Positions 9,296 to 19,341 of a stretch of 64,000 nt of DNA are shown here, piece after piece. The stretch's first letter is position 1, and each line of letters starts with the position of its first letter. The DNA lies in assembly GCA_038204425.1 (NCBI GenBank), contig JBBRCZ010000005.1, forward strand, positions 32,001-96,000, in the 5' to 3' direction. Under the pieces are notes generated by a model. The model saw nothing but the letters and a program-made list of their open reading frames with translations. It did not search any database and was not told the DNA's origin. The stretch comes from Spirochaetia bacterium (GTDB lineage Bacteria > Spirochaetota > Spirochaetia > DSM-27196 > Salinispiraceae). The position numbers and the translations under genes were made by a program.

Positions 9296-9892
9296 ATGGC
9301 CGACGACGTGCTTAACAAAAAACCAATTAATCTCACTGGGCACTTTTTGGTTGCCGAAGCCGAACTGGGCGACCCAAATTTTAGCGAAACTGTGGTGCTT
9401 ATCATTAGTCATGATGACGAAGGTGCCTTTGGTTTGGTGGTCAATCGACGTTCGGACATAAGTCTTGGTCAAGCTGCAGAGCCTTATACAAATTCGCCCT
9501 TTGCTGGTCTTCCGCTGTTTGTAGGCGGCCCTGTAGAACAAGAGTTTCTGTTTTGCTTGCATAGCGGCCTGCCAGATGGCAACGATAGTCCTTATGTTAT
9601 CAAGCTCACCAGCAATCTAGTGTTTGAACCGCAGTTTGTAGCTTTGGAAACCCACATCCTAGCCAACCCCAAGCTAAAGCCCCCTGAGATTAGACTCTTT
9701 GCTGGATATTCGGGCTGGACCGCCGGTCAGCTTGAGTCTGAGTTGGAAGAAGGCGCTTGGATGACCATGCCAGCCAGTTCGGATCTTGTCTTTAATCCCC
9801 ACCCACAGGGTGGCTGGAAACAGGCCCTCAAACGCAAGGGCGGAGTCTATTGGCTGGTAGCAGAAACCGGCTACAAGCCATCACTCAATTAG
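9296..9892 (+). CDS. YqgE/AlgH family protein
   Basis: DPNFSETVVLI, GAFGLVVNR, GGPV, FAGYSGWTAGQLESE. Confidence 0.9.
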   Translation: MADDVLNKKPINLTGHFLVAEAELGDPNFSETVVLIISHDDEGAFGLVVNRRSDISLGQAAEPYTNSPFAGLPLFVGGPVEQEFLFCLHSGLPDGNDSPYVIKLTSNLVFEPQFVALETHILANPKLKPPEIRLFAGYSGWTAGQLESELEEGAWMTMPASSDLVFNPHPQGGWKQALKRKGGVYWLVAETGYKPSLN

Positions 9893-9905
9893 CCCTATCG
9901 TCGGC

Positions 9906-10820
9906 CTAGACCCACTTTTCTTCCAAGAGCTTGCCGTCTAAACTCAAAACCGCCAGCTTGAGCGGAACCTTTCGTTCGGCCTGAGCGACAGCTTTCTGAG
10001 CAAGTTGCAATAGACCGCGGCAACAAGGCACTTCCATAATCAGCACGGTAATGGTATTAATTTTGGATTGATCTATCATGGCAACAAGCTTAGTAGCATA
10101 TGAATCTTGTCCATCGTCGAGTTTTGGACAGGCTATGGCCAAGGTTTTTCCCTTAAGAAACTGGGCATGAAAGCCACCGGCAGCGTAAGCGCTACAGTCG
10201 GCAGCCAGGAGCAAATCGGCCCCGGAAAAATAAGGTGCTTGCGGATTAAGTAAGTGCAGCTGCACCGGCCACTGGCGCAGTTCACTGCTTTGGCTAGCTG
10301 GTCCATCTGACCTTGATTCTGTTGTTTGCATTGTTTGAGCTGCTGGCGCAAGACTGCGTGCCATCGCACCCGGACATCCCCCTTGGTGGCTGTGGACTGA
10401 AGCAGCACTAACATGGCCAGCATCTGCCGTATGGATAGCTATTGGTTTTAAGTTGGCGTTCTTAGTAGGCATTGGATTGTCGATTCCTTTCTGTTTGAGA
10501 ATATCTAAAGCTTGAGCCAAATAAACATCTTGCTTGTGCTGTTGTAAGTGTTCTAGATGAGCTCTAATGACGTTGTTGCCACCAGCAATGATTTTTTCCA
10601 TAACCTGCGCTTCGTCATAGGCTTGGGCCTCGCGTTTGGAGACACGCATAGCACCAGTTGGACAATGGCCAACGCAAGCACCCAATCCTTCGCACATCAA
10701 GTCAGAAAGCAAGCGAACTTTTCCGTCGATTATTTGCAGTGCGCCTTGGTGGCAATTTGGTACACAATTACCACACCCAACACAGAGTTCTTCGTCAATT
10801 TCAATTATATCTCTCAACAT
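9906..10820 (-). CDS. 2x[4Fe-4S] ferredoxin-domain protein
   Basis: CVGCGNCVPNC and CEGLGACVGHCP; C-terminal QWPVQL, AADC, ACPKLD and MEVPCC. Confidence 0.9.
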   Translation of the reverse strand: MLRDIIEIDEELCVGCGNCVPNCHQGALQIIDGKVRLLSDLMCEGLGACVGHCPTGAMRVSKREAQAYDEAQVMEKIIAGGNNVIRAHLEHLQQHKQDVYLAQALDILKQKGIDNPMPTKNANLKPIAIHTADAGHVSAASVHSHQGGCPGAMARSLAPAAQTMQTTESRSDGPASQSSELRQWPVQLHLLNPQAPYFSGADLLLAADCSAYAAGGFHAQFLKGKTLAIACPKLDDGQDSYATKLVAMIDQSKINTITVLIMEVPCCRGLLQLAQKAVAQAERKVPLKLAVLSLDGKLLEEKWV

Positions 10821-10866
10821 GCTTTGGCTCCTATTACTAAGCTAACATAGTGAGTGACAACTACCA

Positions 10867-10880
10867 TTGACTTAGGTCAA
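10867..10880. promoter_or_regulatory. FNR/Crp-family-like box upstream of the Fe-S protein gene
   Basis: TTGAC-TTAG-GTCAA, a 5-4-5 inverted repeat resembling TTGAT-N4-ATCAA. Confidence 0.5.
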
Positions 10881-10909
10881 CAGAAAGTACATCCGGTCAG
10901 TAAGCAGGC

Positions 10910-12004
<1,095 letters not shown>

Positions 12005-12143
12005 TCAGCATAGACGGTAAATCTTCATTTTTCAAGTTGCAGATAGTACTGAATCACCAATCACCGCAATCGATGTGTGCAAGAGACCCGCTTGGCTATT
12101 TGCCAAGGATTCAAGTACAATTTAGACGAATGGGAGAACTATT

Positions 12144-13982
12144 ATGGTAAAAAAAATAGCACTATCGATAGTGGCTTTCTGTCTGTTTGGCCTAGGCGCA
12201 GTTTTTGCCCAAGGCTCGAGCGCTTCGCCAGGCATAGAGCTTGTGCTAGTGCCTCAGACAGCTACAACCGAGGACAAGAATCAGTACTGGTTGGAAGCTC
12301 ATTTTACCCTGCCCGAAAAGCTCCATCAAACATTGCAAGAAAAGTACTTTGGACTGGTCATAAATCAAAGCGCTTTGCCCGCTGGAGCAGTGCTCGGAAA
12401 GTTGGTCTACCCACCATCAGAGAAGAAAATTTTGGACATACTTTCTTACGAAAAATTTGTACTAATCAAACAAGCGATTAGTTTTAAACAGATACCACCG
12501 TCCAATTTTGAAATTGAAGGTAGCGTATTTTGGCAGCTGTGCTACGACGATGGCGTCTGCTTGGTGCCGCAAAAAAAAGACTTCATCTTTACCGTGCAGA
12601 GCCAGGCTGGCTTGCTAGGCAGTGCAAAGACCAACATAAATCGCTTGGTCCAAGATGGCAGCGGTCAAACCTCACTTGGCTCACCCTTTGCGCTAAGTGA
12701 CGCTCAAGAAGCACCTGCAATTGAGCAACAAAGCCCTAACGACGAGGAGAGACTCGATTTTGCAGGTGTTCTTTTAATCCTACTTTTTGCCTTTTTGGGT
12801 GGCGCCATTCTTAACTTGATGCCTTGCGTTTTGCCTGTGCTTTCTATAAAGGCACTTTCCTTAATCAAAAACGCCGGTGAGAACCCCAAGCGCCGCTGGG
12901 CCCATGCCTGGATGAGTGCTGCCGGCATTGTAAGCTCCTTACTTGCCTTGGCACTAATCTTGGTCATCCTGCAGTCGGCCGGGCTATCAATAGGTTGGGG
13001 AATACAGTTCCAAAACCCTTGGTACATGCTAGGCTTGGTGGTTCTTGTCTTGGGTTTTGCTCTTTCTCTATTTGACATTTTTATTTTGACTGCGCCGTCG
13101 GTCAAACAAAACAAAAGAACAGGCCTTAGCGGAAGTTTTTTTTCGGGTTTCTTGACGGTTGTTTTGGCAACTCCTTGTACCGCCCCTTTCTTAGGCACTG
13201 CCCTTGGCCTAGCCTTTAGTAGCCCTTGGTGGGTCATAATTTTAGTCTTTGGCTTTATCGGTATAGGACTCGCACTACCTTTCTTCTTACTCACTGTCAT
13301 ACCCGGCGCACTTAGGTTTTTGCCAAAACCAGGCAAATGGATGGAGACCTTCAAGGGCGTCATGGCATTCGCACTAATCGCTACCGGTATCTGGCTCTTA
13401 ACCGTGCTTAACACGCAACTTGCCACTGACAGCTTCAGCAATGTGCTGTGGTTTTTGGGCAGCTTCTTCTTTCTTGCATGGATCTGGGGTCTCGTCCAAC
13501 GCAGCGCTCTGGGCGGCCTCAAACGTAAGCTTGCCCAGTTCCTGGTTCTTGCTCTATTGGTCGCAGCCGGTTGTGCCTTCTTGTCCTTGTCACCTCGCAC
13601 CAGTGCAACAAGTCAGGACTCATCGGCCAAGCTACCGGATGGTTGGCAGGTCTTCTCGGAGCAAGCAGTGGACACCGCGCTTGTGCAAGGCAAGACTGTT
13701 TTTGTGGACTTTACGGCCGACTGGTGTCTCACCTGCCAAATCAATAAAGCTGGACCGCTCGCGGATCCGAGAGTCTTGAATGCCCTTAATGAGTCGAACG
13801 TCGTCAGACTACAGGGAGACTATACCAATGCCGATCCGATAATCGCTGCTTGGCTCAAACGATATAAACGAGCAGGGGTTCCCTTTAATGCTTTCTTGCG
13901 CGCAAACAAAGCCACCCAAGTTCTGCCGGAAATACTCACTAGCGATGGTGTGCTGGCCGCGCTCACCACTATTAGTTTGTAA
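12144..13982 (+). CDS. dsbD: Thiol:disulfide interchange protein DsbD
   Basis: Signal peptide, CYDDGVC (alpha domain), NLMPCVLP and ATPCTAP (beta), WCLTC thioredoxin (gamma). Confidence 0.92.
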   Translation: MVKKIALSIVAFCLFGLGAVFAQGSSASPGIELVLVPQTATTEDKNQYWLEAHFTLPEKLHQTLQEKYFGLVINQSALPAGAVLGKLVYPPSEKKILDILSYEKFVLIKQAISFKQIPPSNFEIEGSVFWQLCYDDGVCLVPQKKDFIFTVQSQAGLLGSAKTNINRLVQDGSGQTSLGSPFALSDAQEAPAIEQQSPNDEERLDFAGVLLILLFAFLGGAILNLMPCVLPVLSIKALSLIKNAGENPKRRWAHAWMSAAGIVSSLLALALILVILQSAGLSIGWGIQFQNPWYMLGLVVLVLGFALSLFDIFILTAPSVKQNKRTGLSGSFFSGFLTVVLATPCTAPFLGTALGLAFSSPWWVIILVFGFIGIGLALPFFLLTVIPGALRFLPKPGKWMETFKGVMAFALIATGIWLLTVLNTQLATDSFSNVLWFLGSFFFLAWIWGLVQRSALGGLKRKLAQFLVLALLVAAGCAFLSLSPRTSATSQDSSAKLPDGWQVFSEQAVDTALVQGKTVFVDFTADWCLTCQINKAGPLADPRVLNALNESNVVRLQGDYTNADPIIAAWLKRYKRAGVPFNAFLRANKATQVLPEILTSDGVLAALTTISL

Positions 13983-14004
13983 ACATCAGACAAATCAAGA
14001 GCAA

Positions 14005-14042
14005 CATTAAGCCACCCACTCGCGGATGGCTTTACTATTTTT
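14005..14042 (+). terminator. Possible terminator after dsbD
   Basis: AAGCCA..TGGCTT stem followed by a T-rich run; imperfect. Confidence 0.4.
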
Positions 14043-14209
14043 CGTGCATGATCAAAGGAAAGAACGAGGAGGTTTTGCCAGCGTCAACGTGTAACGATGC
14101 TCATGTCTAAGTTAAGCAGACTGGATTCTGCGCCAGAATTGAACTTGCAAAGTGTTTGTTGGCGCCCTCTACCCGCGATGCAATATTGACCGCATGACCC
14201 ACTCTTGGC

Positions 14210-14430
14210 GTGGTCAAATATGATACCCGACATAAACTCCAAGTAGCTGTTGAAAAGTTTTTCCAATTCCAGCGGCGCAAAGCTCTGAGCCAAACCGCAA
14301 AAGCTTTCTGCGTAGCTGGATTTTATTTCCAGTTCCAATAGTTAGCGGCCGCATGTTCTGGCCTCCCAAAAAATCGGTTATCCCGTGTAAATTTTTGCAG
14401 CACTTGCTGGATTAACCGCTTCGTTGGACG
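14210..14430 (-). pseudogene. Possible eroded adenylate/guanylate cyclase remnant
   Basis: LAQSFAPLELEKLFNSYLEFMSGIIFDH resembles the class III cyclase helix (LSPEEVVxLLNxYFxxMxxII); no intact ORF in this 750-bp gap. Confidence 0.35.
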
Positions 14431-14821
14431 TAATGGTTTGTAAACCTGCCTTTGGTTGGAACGCTGGACTTGACCTAAGAGACTATTTTAAATAGCGAAG
14501 GTGCGCCGCGCCTCGGATTGCAAGCTGTTTACTCAAGTAAGAATTCGCTATTTCCGATTCCACTCAATGCTCTGGATCAAAAACTACCCATTTTGGAGCA
14601 AGCACAATTGAAGCCGTAGGATTTGACCAAGCTTTGGCGCAGTTTAGTCTCAAGTTTACTTGGTAATTTGACTCGCATACTTGGTTTTTATCTTGATTTT
14701 AGTTTGACGAGAAAATTACGAATGATTATCATTACATTGCAGAGGAATTTATTCGGTCAAGGTGCAACGAAGAGGAGCGTCCCAATATGAGAAAATCTAC
14801 AGTTCGCGTAGTTTCTGTATT

Positions 14822-15796
14822 TTGAGTATACTTCGTCGTTGTAAGCCCTGGTTATTCCAAGGCTTACGTAAAAAAAACACCTACTTTGAGGGCTGGTACT
14901 TTAAGATTAGCGACCAAAACCAGCGTTCTTTTTCATTTATTCCTGGCATCAGCCTTAGTGCCAACGACAGTCACGCATTTATACAATTTATAGACGGCTC
15001 TAGCGCCTCCACGACCTACCATCGTTTTGAATTGGAAGAGTTTTCTACCAGCGACGAGCCTTTTTTTATAAAAATTGGCAAGAACTATTTTGGCCAAGAC
15101 TCGCTCAACGTTGACTTGGAACAAGATGGCTTCGTCTGTAAAGCCAAGCTCCAGACAAGCACTTGGACGCCCTACCCGAGTGGGCTTTTTAGGCCTGGCA
15201 TTATGGGTCCATTTGGTTTATTGGGTTTTTTGGAATGCTACCACGGCATAGTTAGCGCCAATCACACTGTTTCTGGCGACTTTGATATAAATGGCATTAA
15301 ACAATCGATTGAAAATGGAAAGGCCTATATAGAAAAGGACTGGGGTCATTCCTTTCCGCAAGACTATATTTGGACCCAAGCAAACTCTTTTGCCGATCGG
15401 CAAACCAGCGTCTTTGTGTCCATGGCAACCATACCATTTAAGGGGCTTGAGTTTCCGGGCTTAATTGCTTTTGTTCACTTGCCCAAACGCAGCTACGTGA
15501 CCTTTGCTACTTGGAACAGAGCCAAGATTCTCCACTTGTCTAACCAAAATGGAGGCTTTTCTGCCGAAATAAAGCGCGGCGCCTACCTTCTCAAAATTAA
15601 GGTGCGCGAGTCTCGCAGCGGCTCGCTGGCTGCTCCACGACTGGGCACTATGGATAGAATCATCAAAGAAAGTGTAGATGCCGTGCTCGACTTTGAACTC
15701 TTTGAACACGGAAATCCAATTGCATCGGGTAGTTCGGCAGCTGCTGGACTAGAAATGTCGGGAAACCTAGATAAGTTAAAGCCTAAGAACAACTAA
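14822..15796 (+). CDS. Tocopherol cyclase family protein
   Basis: YFEGWYFK, FIPGIS, GIMGPF..LECYHG, YIEKDWGHSFP..YIWTQ; start uncertain (14762 or TTG 14822). Confidence 0.85.
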   Translation: MSILRRCKPWLFQGLRKKNTYFEGWYFKISDQNQRSFSFIPGISLSANDSHAFIQFIDGSSASTTYHRFELEEFSTSDEPFFIKIGKNYFGQDSLNVDLEQDGFVCKAKLQTSTWTPYPSGLFRPGIMGPFGLLGFLECYHGIVSANHTVSGDFDINGIKQSIENGKAYIEKDWGHSFPQDYIWTQANSFADRQTSVFVSMATIPFKGLEFPGLIAFVHLPKRSYVTFATWNRAKILHLSNQNGGFSAEIKRGAYLLKIKVRESRSGSLAAPRLGTMDRIIKESVDAVLDFELFEHGNPIASGSSAAAGLEMSGNLDKLKPKNN

Positions 15797-15839
15797 AGAC
15801 TCGCTTGTTCACTTCTGGGTGCCTTGCTACTATCGAGTG

Positions 15840-18308
15840 ATGTTTGACCTCAATTTACCCTTTACCAACCCAGTTGCAGTTTTTGCTGTTCTGATAGGGC
15901 TTATTCTGATAGTCCCACTTATATTCAAACCACTTCGCATTCCAGTAGTAGCAGGATTGATACTTGGGGGCCTTTTGATTGGGCCACACGGTTTGGGTTT
16001 ATTGGTGCGTGGCGAAACACCTCAACTGCTCGGAAAAATCGGCATTATCTATATTATGTTTTTGGCTGGGCTAGAAATAGATCTACACCAACTGTCCAAG
16101 CGCAAGGGTCAAACTATCCTATTTGGTGTTTTGACCTTTCTTGTTCCATTGGGCATGGGCTTTGCTGGTGCTTTTGGCCTTTTTGGCATGGCTGCAGTAC
16201 CGGCTTTACTCTTGGCCTCTATGTTTTCGTCACACACTTTGTTGACTTACCCAGAAATTAGCCGATTTGGCCTTAGTCGTAACCGCGCTGTTACCGTGAC
16301 CATCGGCGGAACCATGATCACCAATCTATGCGCTCTCTTGATCCTTGCACTTAGCGCAACCTGGGCACAAGGCAAGCTTGACCAATGGTATTTTGTACGC
16401 TTGGCTATTTCACTCTTGATCTATTGTGTGGTGGTTTTTGCTGTAATACCGTTTATGGCACGACGTGCTCTCAAGAGTTTGTCTGCTGACGGCGATATTC
16501 AGTTCCTGTTGATTTTCTGCATCATGTTTATCTCGGCTGCATTGGCACAGCCTGCAGGACTTGAGCCAGTTATTGGTGCATTTTTGATCGGGATCGCCCT
16601 CAACCGCCTAATTCCTGATAGCAGTGTACTTATGAACCGACTCAACTTTGTTGGCAATAGTCTATTCATTCCACTTTTTTTGGTAGACGTTGGTTTAATC
16701 ATTAATCCAAGTCAGTTTTTTGGCAATATACAGTCCTGGTTTTTTGCGGCTTTTATGGTTTTTGTAGCCATCGTCTCCAAGTGGATTCCAGCCTGGGTCT
16801 CCCAGAAGGCTTTTAAATTTAGCCCGGCCGAGCGAGGCATAATTTTTGGTCTGTCGGTCAACCAGGCTGCGTCTACTTTGGCGGCCGTCTTGGTGGGTAG
16901 GGAACTGGGCCTGTTTGATGACATTGTCGTAACGGCTACTGTCGTCATGATTTTGGTAAGCTGTATTGTTGGCAGTGTAGTCAGCGAACGTAGCGCACGC
17001 AAACTCAAAATGGCCTTTGCGAGCGTTAGTCATGACGAAAAAGAAGAATCAATTCGGTTGATGGTGAGTCTATCAAATCCTGAAACGGCTCCTGCCTTGG
17101 CCGAACTTGCCACCTATCTAGTTCCAAAAAATAGCAGCGAAGCCATTTATCCTACCGTTATGGTGCAAGATGGCACTCATGTCGAAGAAGACTTGGCCAA
17201 GGCCGAATCAGTTATTGCGCTAGCGATGACGCGAATTTTGCCCTTGGGCTTAAAGGCTATTCCCGTTTCTAGTTTGGATGTTAACATTGCAAGTGGTCTT
17301 CTGCGAGTTTCTAAAGCACGTCGTATTCAAGTCATGCTCTTGGGCTGGAACGGGCACTTTGGTGTCGGGCGGGCCTTGTTTGGTAGCATCCTAGATCAGC
17401 TAATCAGCAACAGCCCCTTGAGACTGGTAGTCGCCAGACTGTTTGGTTCTATTTCAGAGGTCAAACGAGTGGTGTTGATCCTTCCGCCATTTATCGAACA
17501 CCAGCAAGATATCTGGCCGAGTCTTGGAATTGTGTTTGACTTAGCCAAGCGACTTGGTCTTAAAATACTGCTGCTAAGTCAAGCTCTCACTTTAGACAAC
17601 CTGTCAAAGAACATAAAGGGTCTTCACCAATCACTTGAAACCGTAGAACTCAAGGACTGGTCAGATTTGTTGCCTAGCATGACTAAGCTGAGCAACAAGA
17701 CTGACCTGATTGCTTTGGCTCATGTCCGCAAGCACCAATTGGCTTGGCGACCCAGCCTAGATAGGCTACCAAAGAGCCTCAGCGAGACCTTCCTTGACAA
17801 CAACCTTTTGATTGTCTATCCGGGCACAAAACCGGACACCAAACGACAGCATTCTATAGCAGATGATTTGTCTGATAACGCAAGCCACTATGACAGTCCA
17901 GCAGACCAAGCACCTATTTCTTACGCACGCTACTTTGAAAGAACCAGCAAACCGGAACAAGCAATTCTAGAAGTCCTCGCTCAACAATTTGACGAACACA
18001 AAGCCTTTAGACTCCTTCATACTTTTAGCCCCGACGGAAAGTTGCAGGGGGTAGAACTCAAACCCGGTGTCATTCTCTTGCACCACCATGATGAAAACGT
18101 GGAGCAGTTTTGGATTGGCTGCGCTGTCTACTCAGACCTAGGACGACCAATCGACAGCGAGAATCCAATAGACTGTATTGTTCTGTTGGTGAGTCCTGCC
18201 CAAAAGGCGGCAGAAGAACACTTGGTGGTTCTATCTCGGATTGCGCGCTGGGTTGGGCAGGATGACTTCAAAAAAACTATCACTAGCTTGTGTACGAGCT
18301 TTTCTTAG
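15840..18308 (+). CDS. Cation:proton antiporter (CPA2/KefB-like) with USP-like domain and C-terminal PTS EIIA-like domain
   Basis: About 12 TM segments, MFLAGLEID, IGAFLIG, LFIPLFLVDVG; USP-like LLGW..LFGSILDQL; C-terminal ILLHHH..LLVSP..EEHLVVLSRIAR. Confidence 0.85.
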   Translation: MFDLNLPFTNPVAVFAVLIGLILIVPLIFKPLRIPVVAGLILGGLLIGPHGLGLLVRGETPQLLGKIGIIYIMFLAGLEIDLHQLSKRKGQTILFGVLTFLVPLGMGFAGAFGLFGMAAVPALLLASMFSSHTLLTYPEISRFGLSRNRAVTVTIGGTMITNLCALLILALSATWAQGKLDQWYFVRLAISLLIYCVVVFAVIPFMARRALKSLSADGDIQFLLIFCIMFISAALAQPAGLEPVIGAFLIGIALNRLIPDSSVLMNRLNFVGNSLFIPLFLVDVGLIINPSQFFGNIQSWFFAAFMVFVAIVSKWIPAWVSQKAFKFSPAERGIIFGLSVNQAASTLAAVLVGRELGLFDDIVVTATVVMILVSCIVGSVVSERSARKLKMAFASVSHDEKEESIRLMVSLSNPETAPALAELATYLVPKNSSEAIYPTVMVQDGTHVEEDLAKAESVIALAMTRILPLGLKAIPVSSLDVNIASGLLRVSKARRIQVMLLGWNGHFGVGRALFGSILDQLISNSPLRLVVARLFGSISEVKRVVLILPPFIEHQQDIWPSLGIVFDLAKRLGLKILLLSQALTLDNLSKNIKGLHQSLETVELKDWSDLLPSMTKLSNKTDLIALAHVRKHQLAWRPSLDRLPKSLSETFLDNNLLIVYPGTKPDTKRQHSIADDLSDNASHYDSPADQAPISYARYFERTSKPEQAILEVLAQQFDEHKAFRLLHTFSPDGKLQGVELKPGVILLHHHDENVEQFWIGCAVYSDLGRPIDSENPIDCIVLLVSPAQKAAEEHLVVLSRIARWVGQDDFKKTITSLCTSFS

Positions 18309-18490
18309 ACGACCCGACTACTATTCGATCTGTTGCTGAAATTTACCTACGTATTAGTTGCCTCTTTTTTATATAACTACGCTTTTGTATATTTATGGTG
18401 AACAAGGGCTGGCAAAAATCTGCTGGGATCCATCAGGAAAGTCTTAAGCTGTCGGTCTTTAAGCCAGACGTCACTGAATCGACATCAATC

Positions 18491-18507
18491 TTGGCACGAT
18501 TATTGCA
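18491..18507 (+). promoter_or_regulatory. sigma54 (-24/-12) promoter
   Basis: TTGGCACGATTATTGCA matches TGGCAC-N5-TTGCA exactly, 22 bp upstream of ATG 18530 and its GAGGT RBS. Confidence 0.85.
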
Positions 18508-18529
18508 TGTAATTGGTAGAGGTAAAAAA

Positions 18530-18895
18530 ATGAAGTTGCTAATCGTAGACGACTCCAACATCATGCGCCGGGCCATAGAAAAATATCTAACAGATTTTAA
18601 TCTCGAACTGGTAGGAACTGCCGGTGACGGCGAAGCAGCACTTCAACTCTTTAAGGCTCATCTTCCTGAATTGGTTACGCTTGATATCACCATGCCGCGC
18701 ATGGACGGCTTGGCTTGTCTTGATGAGATTATGCGTTTGCGCCCTGAAACTAAGGTCTTGGTAATTAGCGCTCTAAAGGACCCGTCTACTGGTCTTCAGG
18801 CTTTGCGCAAAGGTGCTAAAGGATTCTTGGCCAAGCCTTTTTCTCCAGAAGAAATACGTAGTGAAGTTCAGCAGATCCTTGGGCTATCATCATGA
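18530..18895 (+). CDS. Single-domain CheY-like response regulator
   Basis: LIVDDS, LDITMPRMDG phosphoacceptor, ISA, AKPF; 121 aa from ATG 18530. Confidence 0.92.
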   Translation: MKLLIVDDSNIMRRAIEKYLTDFNLELVGTAGDGEAALQLFKAHLPELVTLDITMPRMDGLACLDEIMRLRPETKVLVISALKDPSTGLQALRKGAKGFLAKPFSPEEIRSEVQQILGLSS

Positions 18896-19338
18896 CTGAA
18901 GTAGAACTAAAAGCATTTACTCGTGTTGTTACTCAATACTTTAACAACGTCACCGGTACAGCGGCTCAACTTGGGCTACCCTACATCAAAGGAGAACGCC
19001 AAGAAACCTTTGATTATACTGGCGTGATTGGCATTTCTGGCTCCCGCAAGGGTGGTGTTTATTACACCGCTGGCAAACAGCTTTTAGAAGCATTGGGCGC
19101 CTTTATCCTTGGGGATGAGCCACTCGATGATGAAGCGCTTTACGATTTGGTAGGCGAGCTTACCAACACTATTGCTGGCAACATGCGAGAGATTTTTGGC
19201 TCCAACTTTTTGATTTCGGTCCCAATCATCATGAAGGGTAAAATTGATGATATCGTTATCAAACTCAAACCACCAGTCTTTATAATTCCAATAATCTGGA
19301 ATGGCATGAACAGTCACCTAGCGATTGGCCTGGAGTAG
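18892..19338 (+). CDS. cheX: CheX phosphatase
   Basis: TGVIGISG..KG, GELTNTIAGN (ExxN motif), ISVP; ATGA overlap. Confidence 0.9.
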   Translation: MTEVELKAFTRVVTQYFNNVTGTAAQLGLPYIKGERQETFDYTGVIGISGSRKGGVYYTAGKQLLEALGAFILGDEPLDDEALYDLVGELTNTIAGNMREIFGSNFLISVPIIMKGKIDDIVIKLKPPVFIIPIIWNGMNSHLAIGLE

Positions 19339-19341
19339 AAC

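Noticed and set aside
12704..13600. 298-aa minus-strand ORF
   Set aside because: Antisense shadow of the dsbD membrane domain; Lys/Pro-rich with no motifs.
18386..18402. Possible NtrC site TGTATATTTATGGTGAA
   Set aside because: Only one half resembles TGCACC-N5-GGTGCA; too weak to call.
18395..18529. 45-aa N-terminal extension of the CheY-like ORF
   Set aside because: It spans the sigma54 promoter; the RBS and receiver fold begin at ATG 18530.
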